Assembly (NCBI GenBank): GCA_965261065.1
Contig: OZ253444.1
Coordinates: forward strand, 4,710,381 to 4,774,380
Reading direction: 5' to 3'
Origin: Bryobacterales bacterium
Lineage (GTDB): Bacteria > Acidobacteriota > Terriglobia > Bryobacterales > UBA6623
DNA length: 64,000 nucleotides
Position 1 is the first letter of the stretch, and every line of letters starts with the position of its first letter. The position numbers and the translations under genes were made by a program. Below the pieces are notes generated by a model, which was given only the letters and a program-made list of their open reading frames with translations, did no database searches and was not told where the DNA came from. Shown in pieces: positions 40,045-49,207 of this stretch.

Positions 40045-41587
40045 CTAGCCTATGTCCCTCACGAGCGGGCCGTCGACGCAAGCGAATCGGAGTCGAGCTT
40101 CGCAGCGGTTTCGCCCATTCTGCTTGGCTTGATAGAGGCGCTCGTCCGCCGCTTTGATCAACGCCTGGCCATCCGCTTGCGAGTTGACGCTCTCGAGAAT
40201 CGCGCCGCCGATGCTGACGGTCACCCGCAGGGTCTTCCCCTCGAACTCCACCGCCGTTTCTTCGATCTTTTTTCGCACTCGTTCCGCCAGGGTTTTGACG
40301 GCAACCGGCTTGGCCGATGGCATCAGCACACAGAACTCCTCTCCCCCATAGCGCGCCGGCAACTCGGATTCACGGCAAACCGACTCCATCGCCTTCCCCA
40401 CAGCCTTGAGGACTTCATCGCCGGCCAAGTGCCCGTGAGTATCATTGAATTGCTTAAAGCGATCGACGTCGATCAGCAGCAACCCGAGGACGCCTGGTAC
40501 TCGACCGGTCATGCGGCGAACGAGGCATTGCGCCAGCGCCTCATCAAAGCTGGCGCGGTTGGCAATGCCCGTCAACTGATCGGTCTGCGCTTTCGTGCGC
40601 CACTGTTGATTGCTGGACTCCAGTTGGCTTGCTCTCTCTTCGGCCTGGTGCGCTTGGACGGCCACACTGAGGCTCGCGTGGAGCAGCCGGACCTGAGCTT
40701 GCTGCAGGATCGAGGTCATGTCGAGCGAGTCGCCGAGCTTGACGTCGAAGATTTCCGCGGTGTGCAGCACCTCCTTTTCGACCTCCAGCAGGAACTCGTC
40801 GAGTGCCTCGCCCTCGAGTCCGGCCGGGCCCGCCTTCACACGCAGGGCATCCAGAGCGGCGATTCTATCATCGCCGCAGACGAGTTCTTCGCATGCCGCC
40901 GCGAATCGCATGATGGGGGCGAGGCGGGCGACGCTTTCGTCAGACTCGTCCGGGTCCCGGCGGATGCTCGCGATGATCGCCCGCGTCAGGATGGGCATGC
41001 CCCAGCTCTCCAACAGGACAAGGCCGACTTCGTCGCTATCGCATCCAAGAATGCTGCGCTCCAAATCCGCGGAAGGCCATGACCCTTTCGCGGCCTCGAT
41101 CACCTGGTCGTATTCGGTGCCGGCGCACTCGGCGAGGACAAGCTGGCCGATCCGCGAGAGCAGGCCCGCTAGGAAGGCTTCGTCGCTCAGGTAGCGCTGC
41201 CGACGAGCGGCGCGCGCGCGCGCTGAGGAAGCGCATACCAGGCTGCGCTTCCAATACTGGTCGTAGTCGAACCCGCCCTTTCGATGCCCGCCCAGGGCAG
41301 TGGCCAGCGAGAAGCTCAAGGACATCAGCCGAACCGTTTTCAGCCCGAGGATCATGCACGCCCGGTTTAGAGCCGTGACCTCTCTCCCAACTCCAAACAG
41401 CGCGGAGTTCGAGACTTTGAGAATCTTGACCGCCAGCGCGGGGTCGCGCGAGATGGTGGCGGCGAGGTCGTCGATCGTGACGTCTTCGTTCTCGGTCAGC
41501 CGGAGCAACTCGATGGCGACGCCGGGGGGGAGAGGGAAGGTTATCCGCGCCCTTGAGAATGGCGGGAAGCTCAAGCGTAGTGGTCAT
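40045..41587 (-). CDS. HDOD + GGDEF diguanylate cyclase (N-terminus frameshifted at a homopolymer)
   Basis: The HDOD part contains ISRDPALAVKILKVSNSALFG. The GGDEF part contains RYGGEEFCVLMP. ATG 41587 gives MTTTLELPAILKGADNLPSPP, which runs out of frame at the 7-nt run 41524-41530. With 6 nt it continues GVAIELLRL.., the main frame. Confidence 0.8.
41524..41530. repeat. G7 homopolymer (C7 on the coding strand) at the frameshift in the HDOD-GGDEF gene
   Basis: Read directly. Confidence 0.95.
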
Positions 41588-41936
41588 GGGTTCTACGGGC
41601 CGACAGCCCACAGGAACCATATCGGCGGATTCTGCGGGGGGCCCGAATTAGCCAACTGTACAGGAGGCGGCTCCCGCCACGATCGCGCTCCTTTCGGCCG
41701 CAAGAAATGCCGGTCACTCGAAGCCCCCCCACGGATGACACGAATAGTTCCGCGACCGCGGGCAGGACTAAGTCTCACACGACAAAGGACTTAGGGTCTT
41801 CCTGTACGATACCCATTGATATATCTCGATCGCACTCGCTTACGCCCACTGAAGCGCGCCAGAACGTCGTCGGAGAGTCGCAAACCATCGTGGGACAGAC
41901 TGTCCCTATCGTAAATTCAGTACGCGTTGAAAAGAT

Positions 41937-41952
41937 TGAACTTAACAATGCC
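41937..41952. repeat. IS6-like terminal repeat variant tgaacttaacaatgcc
   Basis: 14 of 17 positions match gttaacttgacaatgcc (34671-34687), including the terminal acaatgcc. Confidence 0.45.
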
Positions 41953-42017
41953 TCGATGGCGGAAGCACCACCCATTCGTTGCTTCGGGCCGCTAACTCTG
42001 GAACCTGAGCAGCTCCT

Positions 42018-42877
42018 TCAAGCCCGTGTCCATCTGGGCAGCTTCCTCTCCTCAGGGCCTTCCCCTTCAAGACAGTGCAGGCCGGCCCGGCACACCGCTT
42101 GAAGGAGTCGAAGCCCGTCTTCCTGTGAGCCTTTGTTGAAGTCCTCTCCTTCAAGGTCGACAGCATTCGTCACATGAGCGACCACTCCCACCGTACCCCG
42201 GCGAGCCTCGGCAAACGCGAAAAGGGAAGCCGCTTGCATCTCGACAGCTAGCACGCCGCCCCGCGCGTGTCGGTTGAGCTGCTGCTCCGTCTCGCGGTAG
42301 GGCGCATCGGTAGTCCAGACCTGACCTGGCCTGACCGGGAGGTCGAGTTGCTTGAGTTCCCGGACGAGGAATTCAACCGGTTCTGCGGGAGCATCAACGG
42401 TTGGCGCAGGCTTTAAGTAGTGGTACGAGGTGCCTTCATCGCGCACGGCGCTTGTCGCAACTACCAACGACGGAACGGCCAGGCTGGGTTGGACTCTGCC
42501 TGCCGTGGTGAGGCCGAGCACCACTCGCGCGCCCGACGCGAAGAGCTGTTCTGCAATCAAAACCGCGTACGAACCGCCGATCGTACGCGGGATCACGCCG
42601 CATCGGGTGCCATCCACTTCCAACTCAAACACGGTTGTGTGAAAGCAAGCCACGCCAGGCACGGAGCCACGAGCTTCTGCTCCAGCAGCCAGTCGGTCAA
42701 GTCGCCATCAAACTCGAGCACGCAGACGGCGGGAACGGGATTGGCCTTGAGCCCACGCTCCTCACGCACGGAGGCAATTAGGCTGTCGGGTGAAAACGCG
42801 CTCGGCTGGTGTAGGAAATGGTTTAGGAGCGGAATCCTTGACTTATGTGACATTAGGCTGTCGTGGTGTCCAAACAC
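42018..42877 (-). pseudogene. nucleoside phosphorylase-family (PNP_UDP_1-like) protein, frameshifted
   Basis: The N-terminal ORF (42593..42877: ..VCVLEFDGDLTDWLLEQKLVAP) and the C-terminal ORF (42018..42662: GVACFHTTVFELEVDG..VRDEGTSYHY..VLAVEMQAASLFAF) are contiguous in sequence but in different frames near 42660-42670. Confidence 0.6.
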
Positions 42878-43177
42878 GCGAACCTGTTCTCTTGTTGGAA
42901 GTCTGGGCTCGCACGAGAGACGTTTGATCGGGTCGCCGCCGTGTCAACCAGCACTCCATGCAGCAGGTTCTGGATCCGTTCCGGTCCGTTCTCGTCGTCC
43001 TGGCGGGGTGCGTCAACCAGCTGCAACCGTAACACTTCTTCCTAGCTTCCATGCTCTTGGGTGCCGAGAAGCAACCGCCCCTGCCGAGGCCTCCGAGCTT
43101 TGGTCTCAACACATGGCGTTCTCGGCCTGCACAAGGCCCCTGATGTAGCCGTGCGTAAAGCTGGGCTCCGCGTCAGG

Positions 43178-43194
43178 GGCATTGTCAAGTTAAC
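43178..43194. repeat. IS6-like terminal inverted repeat ggcattgtcaagttaac (left-end orientation)
   Basis: Exact reverse complement of 34671-34687. Confidence 0.65.
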
Positions 43195-44412
43195 TCGTAG
43201 ACGAAAGTCGCAGTCCCGTACAAGGTCTCCCAGCCACGACATCTATCGGAATGAGCCGATGGAATTTTTGGACGGCACGGGAAGCCACTCCCGTGCCCCG
43301 AGACCGGCATCTGGCCAAGCCGAGTCGCCATTCCTTGCCCGCCGAACCCGGCCTTGCAGCCCAGGATTCCTGTTATCTCCGGCGAGATGACATTCGCCGC
43401 TTCGCTCGCCAGCCGACGAGCCAGATCGGGCTGCGGCGCAGCGATACCTCGGAGTTCCGCAACCAACCCCTCGATCTGGCCCTGATCGAGTTGGCGTAGC
43501 CGTTTCTTCGCCCAGCGCCGCCGGCCTGGCTCGTCGTCGGGCCACAGCGGCGCCGCCAACTCCCACAGATGCTGGCGGGCATGGTAGAGGTCGACGATCT
43601 CGATGGCGCCGGCGAAGTATGGATGGGAGAGGTTCCAGATTCAGGCGGCTCCGTCGCCGATCACCACCTTGTTGTTCGCCCGCCCCCAGCCGCGCTCCCA
43701 GGCCTGCTGCCAGAGGCGCCGCCTAGACTGCTCGGCGCCCTCGATCGCTCCCGCTATAGCTCGTCGACGCTTCCTCACGCACCGGCCGTCCGTCTTGCTC
43801 GCACTCCGGTTGCGTGAACATACAGCCGAGCTTGACCTCCCGCGTGCGGGCGCGCTCGCTGTCGTTCTTGCCGGCTCGTCCCGCGGTCTTGGCCGCCACC
43901 ATCGGCACCCCGGTGCCGTCCATCTCGATGTAGAGAACGGGAATGTCGGCGCCGGCCCCCTGGAGCAGCGGCAGTTGCACCGCCCGTTGGATCTGTTGTT
44001 GTTCGCGGGCGGCGAGGTCGACCCCGATCGCCTCGGCCCCGCGCTCGACGGCTTTGGCGGTGACGTCCAGACCGGCTAACGGCTGCAGTTGCGCGCGCCT
44101 GCTTTCGAACGACGACTCGCTGCCCACCGGCGCGATCCTGCGGCGCACCCCGGGGGAGTAGTGCGTATTTTCGACGTCGAGTTCGCGGTCGAAGGGGAGC
44201 TGTCCCTGGTGGCAAGCCGGGCAGAGGTAATAGGACCGTTCGATCTCGACCGCGCCGAGCACGGTCAGCAGGATCTTGGGCGCGGCCTCCACGGGCGCCG
44301 TGAGCAGTTGCTCGAGCAACGTCGCGCCGGCGTGGTGCAGCGCGGCTCGGGTGGCCGTCTCCAGCGCTTCGAGGTCCCAGCGCTGATGCTTGCGCCGGGC
44401 GGCGAAGATCAC
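43195..44412 (-). pseudogene. ISKra4-like DDE transposase, decayed (frameshifts, in-frame TGA, degenerate 3' end)
   Basis: Segments lie in different frames: ..CPACHQG.. zinc motif and IEMDGTGVPM (43723..44412); then ..RRLWQQAWERGWGRANNKVVIGDGAA-TGA-IWNLSHPYFAGAIEIVDLYHARQHLWELA.. (TGA at 43641-43643). The 3' 200-300 nt may instead be an IS6 remnant. Confidence 0.55.
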
Positions 44413-44426
44413 CCTCAGTAACTGTT

Positions 44427-44843
44427 CTACTTCTTGGACAACTTCTTGTTGGATCGCCGCGGCCGTTTTTTTTCCCGCGGCGTGAGGGACGCCGCTGGTT
44501 CCTGCTCTTGCCCGACGGGACGCAAGCGGCAGATCTTCTCGTTGACTTCGACAAAGCTACGGCAGAGTTCCCGGAACTTGTGGTGTGCGGCGACTTCGCG
44601 CTGGGCTTTGTGCAAGGCGGCGGGCGAGGAGAAGGATTCCGAGACGTATTTGCCGTTGACATAGCGTGTCAAGCGGTAGTTAGGGCCATGAGGCGGGCTG
44701 TCAGGCTGGGCGCAACGGCAGCCGGGTTTGCCACAACGTCGAGTGAGGGTGGTGATGGAGCCGCGGCGCTGATCGCCGAGTTGGGAGATCTGTTGCAGCA
44801 GCTGCGCTTTTTGCTTTTCCAGAGCGGGCAGAGTGTCGGGCAT
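44427..44843 (-). CDS. small IS-associated protein with the CGKPxCRC motif (paralog of 14190..14531)
   Basis: Start re-assigned to ATG 44843 (MPDTLPALEKQKAQLLQQI). Contains RRCGKPGCRCAQPDSPPHGPNYRLTRYVNGK. It sits directly upstream of the ISKra4-like transposase. Confidence 0.55.
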   Translation of the reverse strand: MPDTLPALEKQKAQLLQQISQLGDQRRGSITTLTRRCGKPGCRCAQPDSPPHGPNYRLTRYVNGKYVSESFSSPAALHKAQREVAAHHKFRELCRSFVEVNEKICRLRPVGQEQEPAASLTPREKKRPRRSNKKLSKK

Positions 44844-45266
44844 GGGGACATCTCTTTCTGAACCTTGTACAATGTTCAGAAACAGTATACCCCCAAACCT
44901 CTCGATCAACAAGCACCTTCATGTCGCGCCCCCCAAGATCTTTGAGCGCTTGACAAAGTGCAACCAAGGGGCGTACACGGGAAGAGTTCTCAGGTCTGTA
45001 GATTTGGGCAAGGGCCCCCATTCCTCATGGGTGCCATAGCCCAGAGGAGCATATAGCCCCAACAGTCGATTCTGTTCGACACTTCGCCGGACGGCAATGG
45101 AAAGGGGCTAACACTGGGGCACCAGAGCAAGTGTGAGCTGACGGAGCAAGTTCTCCTAGTGGTCCAGCTCAGAACCAGAAGGTAGCTTTCAACGGCCCCT
45201 GCGCCCTCTCTCTTCGCGGCCGTCTCGCAGGAAAGCCGCCGTTTACGGCTTCAACGAGGTGTCGCG

Positions 45267-46100
45267 GTGCGACACCTTTGCCTCAGTACGATCCCTCTAA
45301 CGTTAGTTTGTCTGCTTGCCTCAGCGCAAGTTCCGACCCCTGCTGACAAGGGCCAACTTTCGCGAGAGCAAGCCCAGAAGGCTGCTGAAAAGCAGGCGGC
45401 TTCCGGTTTCGACATACGGCAGCGACAGCGGGCGCACACCTCGCAGGCCGAGCAGGGATTGAAGGCCCAGGACCGGGCACTGGTTCGACAACGGAAAGCG
45501 AAGCTGTAAGCCTACCGGGCGTCGGTTACGGCTGAAGGCGTGGCCCAATCCTTAACACAGGCTGATATTGTTCAGCAAAGCTCGCCCCGCGGGCGTGTCG
45601 GGAACCGCGCAGTACAGCCCGCGCGGCCATCAGCAACCAGAGGTCGAGCATGGAACCTCCGATTAAGCATCAATTCGTTCGGGTTGCCGAAGTCGCTGTC
45701 CAATGCGGTCGAACCTCTCAGGGCCCCCGCGACGGACAATCCGGTCGAGGTCGCCAAGGGTTTTCTTCGAACCCGCGAGGACCTGTTCAGGTTGAGTGAC
45801 GGAGACCTCGAAGGCCCGAGGCTGGTCAGCAAAGACGCCTCTTCTAGTGGCCTCGTATTCCTCCATTTCACTCAATCGGTAGGCGGCATCGATGTCTACC
45901 AAGGCTACGTAAAGGTCACTCTGAACAAGGCGGGCCAGGTGATCCAAGCAGGTGTGGGAGACATCATTCCACGACTCCAGTTGACCGCCAAACCAGAACT
46001 GTCTCCGCGGGACGCGGTGCAGACAGCCTTCAGGCTGTTAGGTGCCACGTTCGTGCGACCGAGAACCCCTCCAGGTCCAGCAGTATTCTCAACAACTTAG
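45267..46100 (+). pseudogene. secreted metalloprotease propeptide region (FTP + PepSY-like) only, with an in-frame TAA; catalytic domain absent
   Basis: A signal-like N-terminus (LCLSTIPLTLVCLLASAQ) and the ORF 45540..46100 are in the same frame, separated by TAA at 45507-45509. The FTP-like block is GLVFLHFTQSVGGIDVYQGYVKVTLNKAGQVIQAG. No peptidase domain follows. Confidence 0.5.
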
Positions 46101-46618
46101 CTTCGGGTGTTTCGGCCAGGCCAGCACCATCTCCACACGATTGTCCTCACGCAACTTAATTCCGTACTGCTTTTGCGGCTCGCGGACCGCCTCTCAGCAC
46201 TGTTGGCTCCCCGCCTCGTTGGTCCTTCGGTCCGGGTTCATTGTCGTCCTGTAAGGTGCCCCGCGAACCACCTGGCTGTCGCCGTGACCGTCACCGAATC
46301 ACCCCGCGACCGAGCGAGCCCTGTCTACCGCCTGGTGTGAGCTCGTCTGGGAGCCAGCAGAGTGGGCCCTGCTCACCGTGCTGACCCGGAGCCGGAGCGA
46401 AGCCCTACCGCGTGCGTTGATCCCGTGGCAAACTCTGTAGGCGGTTCGCCCCTTTGTCTCACAGCAAGCCCCCAGCCCCATCCCGGGCAGACCCCAGCTC
46501 GACCTCGCCGCCGGATTTCCTAAGTTTTCAGGCTTATCAGAATCCAGTCTGTGTCGCCATCCGCCGCCGGCGATGTGCCGACCCTACTGGGGACCATTAA
46601 GCCTGCTGGCCCCGGTGA

Positions 46619-47899
46619 TCAGACCCGCACCCAACGCATCGCCTTGGCCTCAAACCGCGGCAGTTCCCCTCGCTCGACGCAACTCACCGAAAACCGCAAT
46701 CCGAAAGCCCTGTAAAGCCCGTCCGCCAGCCGCTTTGTGAGCCTCTCCGTGTTGTCTTCCTTGGCCGAAGGCTCGATCAAAAGACTTATCTCAGCCATTC
46801 CCCGTTCCACCTTGATCTCCACCCGGAATTCGCCGACGCCCCCATCCGAACGCAGAACCTCTTCCACCGCACTGGGATAAAGATTCGTCCCTCGCACGCA
46901 TACCATGTCGTCGAGGCGGCTCAAAATTCCGCCCTCGAGTGCCAGTTCCTCGCTGCCGCATTCACAAGCGGTCGCTTCAGCCCGCCGCACGATATCCCGC
47001 GTCCGATAACGAATCACCGGCGACCCGGTGCGCCCCAGATTCGTCAGCACCAGCTCCCCGGTCCCCGCCGGACCCACCGCCTTCAAGGTCGCTGCGTCAA
47101 TGACTTCAGGGAAGTAAGCCTGTTCCATCACATGCAGCACGCCCGGGCGTCGCGGACACGCGTACGACACCGGACCCACCTCCGTCATGCCGTGGTGATC
47201 GTAGATCCGCGCGCCGGGCCACAGCTTCTCGATCAGCTCGCGGGTCGCCGGAACGCTCCCGCCCGGCTCACCCGCAACGATGATCGCCCGCACTCTTCCG
47301 GCTGACAGGTCGATGTTCTCCTCGACCGCTGTCTCACCCATCCGAATCGCATACGTCGGTGTCGCGCACACCACCGTCGCCTCATTCTCGAGAATCATCC
47401 GCAGCCGCCCGGCCGTCCGGACGCCACCGCTCGGGATCGCGAGCCGCCCGGCTCGCGTCGCTGCTTCGAACGCCGTCCAAAAGCCAAGGAACGGCCCGAA
47501 AGAAAACGGGAAGAACAACCGGTCTTCGTCGCCCACACCCGCCGCCTCGAAGATGCGGTCCCAACAGTCCAGCATCCACGACCAACTCTCCGGCGTATCA
47601 AGCCAGCGAATCGGCGTCGAGGCGCTCCCACTCGTCTGATGAAAACGGGAGTAGTTCGTCAGCGGATACGTCAGGTTCGACCCATATGGCGGATTCTGAT
47701 GCTGATCGTCAACCAACTCCTGCTTCAACGTGAACGGGACGCGCGCCACGAAATCATCGAGCCCGTCCAACTCCGTACTCACCCCGGCCGCGCCCAGCTT
47801 CGCCGAGTAAAACCGGTTGCCTGCGAGTGTCGCCTTGAGAAGTGTTCGCAGTTTATCGAGTTGGACCGACGCAAGCGCCTCACGGTTAAGAGAGCTCAT
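46619..47899 (-). CDS. phenylacetate-CoA ligase-like / coenzyme F390 synthetase-like adenylate-forming enzyme
   Basis: 426 aa. The N-terminus is LNREALASVQLDKLRTLL. Adenylation-type blocks are present: SGSASTPIRW, YDHHGMTEVGP, RYRTRDI. Confidence 0.7.
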   Translation of the reverse strand: MSSLNREALASVQLDKLRTLLKATLAGNRFYSAKLGAAGVSTELDGLDDFVARVPFTLKQELVDDQHQNPPYGSNLTYPLTNYSRFHQTSGSASTPIRWLDTPESWSWMLDCWDRIFEAAGVGDEDRLFFPFSFGPFLGFWTAFEAATRAGRLAIPSGGVRTAGRLRMILENEATVVCATPTYAIRMGETAVEENIDLSAGRVRAIIVAGEPGGSVPATRELIEKLWPGARIYDHHGMTEVGPVSYACPRRPGVLHVMEQAYFPEVIDAATLKAVGPAGTGELVLTNLGRTGSPVIRYRTRDIVRRAEATACECGSEELALEGGILSRLDDMVCVRGTNLYPSAVEEVLRSDGGVGEFRVEIKVERGMAEISLLIEPSAKEDNTERLTKRLADGLYRAFGLRFSVSCVERGELPRFEAKAMRWVRV

Positions 47900-47902
47900 C
47901 TC

Positions 47903-49192
47903 TTATGAAACGCTCACTTCGGAGGTCACTATAGGCTCCCTGCCGGTCTCAACCAGGGGCCCACCGTGCGGCAACGCCTCGGGAACGTCAGCAAACTCCG
48001 CCACCGCTCTAAACAACGGCTCAAAATCGCGCGAAAGATTGCCAATCAAGCAATCCGTCAAGTCAGGCCCTAGCTCCGGGTGTTCTTTCAGCAGCTTCGC
48101 AAAACTGAAATCCCGATCGTAGAACGCATACACGAGCCGCCGCATTGCCTCGATCCCGCTGCGCATTTCCTCGCTGTACACCGTGAACCGCGACGCTGAA
48201 ACATCTCTCGCCGTCAGCGCCTCGTCCACCGCTTGCCCTGCTAACTCGCCGCTACGCAGCGCAAAAAAAAGCCCCGAAGAAAACACCGGATCCAAGAACC
48301 CAAACGCATCCCCGGCCAGAACCAAGCCGTCCGCCGCGCAGTATCGCGAGCGATACGAGAACTCTCCCGTCACCCGAAAGGGCTCGGTGCGTTCACCGGG
48401 CGCCAGGTGCCCTCGAACCCAGGCGTTTTCGCCAAGCTCGCGAAGAAATATCCCCTCCAGATCGCGCGTGCCTCGATACAGATAATCCTTTTCCGCCACG
48501 ATCCCCACGCTCACCGAGTCTCGCGGCAGCGGGATATACCAGAACCAACCCCGCTCCGGCACCGACGCTATCGTCGTTGCGCCTGCGTCCAATCCCGGGT
48601 CCCGTACCGCGCCCGTATAGTAGGTCCAAATCGCAATCTTGTTCAGCTTCGCATCGCGGATCCGCCAGCCGTTGCGCAGCATCGACAGCGAATCGCGGCC
48701 CGTCGCATCAATCGTCATCGGCGCGCGGAACTCCAGCTTCCGGCCGTCCTTCGTTACTGCCTCCACGCCCACCGTCACCCCGCCGTCTTGAATGGTGTTG
48801 GTGACAGTGGTTTCTTCCCGTACCTCCGCCCCCTTCTCCCGCGCGTTTTCCATCAGCATCTGGTCGAACTCACTCCGTAGGACCTGCCAGGTGCAGGACG
48901 CTTCATGCTTCATGTGGTCAGAGAAATAGAACGGCTGCGATTGTTGCCCGCTCCGACTCACGAACTGTACGCTGTACTTGCTCGGGAAGTGCGACTTCTT
49001 CAACCGCTCGATCACCCCGATGCGCTGCAGCGAAAAGTACGTGTAGGGAATCAGCGACTCGCCGATGTGATAGCGCGGAAACTTTTCGCGCTCCAGCACC
49101 AGCGTCCGCCGGCCTTTCATCGCCAGCACCGCCGCCGCCGCCGAGCCCGCCGGACCGGCTCCAATGACGATCGCGTCGTAGTGGGTATTCAC
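47903..49192 (-). CDS. FAD-dependent oxidoreductase of the flavin-dependent halogenase-like family
   Basis: 429 aa containing YDAIVIGAGPAGSAAA, GESLIP, the WxWxIP-type motif GWFWYIPL, and FLDPVFSSGLFFA. Confidence 0.65.
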   Translation of the reverse strand: MNTHYDAIVIGAGPAGSAAAAVLAMKGRRTLVLEREKFPRYHIGESLIPYTYFSLQRIGVIERLKKSHFPSKYSVQFVSRSGQQSQPFYFSDHMKHEASCTWQVLRSEFDQMLMENAREKGAEVREETTVTNTIQDGGVTVGVEAVTKDGRKLEFRAPMTIDATGRDSLSMLRNGWRIRDAKLNKIAIWTYYTGAVRDPGLDAGATTIASVPERGWFWYIPLPRDSVSVGIVAEKDYLYRGTRDLEGIFLRELGENAWVRGHLAPGERTEPFRVTGEFSYRSRYCAADGLVLAGDAFGFLDPVFSSGLFFALRSGELAGQAVDEALTARDVSASRFTVYSEEMRSGIEAMRRLVYAFYDRDFSFAKLLKEHPELGPDLTDCLIGNLSRDFEPLFRAVAEFADVPEALPHGGPLVETGREPIVTSEVSVS

Positions 49193-49207
49193 AGCTCTCT
49201 CGATCGC

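Noticed and set aside
41210-41223. An alternating (GC)7 run with Z-DNA potential inside the HDOD-GGDEF gene.
   Set aside because: It simply encodes an Ala/Arg repeat (ARARA) in frame. Such runs are expected at this GC content.
45258-45276. A perfect hairpin ggtgtcgc-ggt-gcgacacc overlapping the GTG start of the FTP/PepSY pseudogene; a possible translational control element.
   Set aside because: It is a single short GC-rich stem in a high-GC genome, next to a gene that is already dead. It cannot be distinguished from chance.
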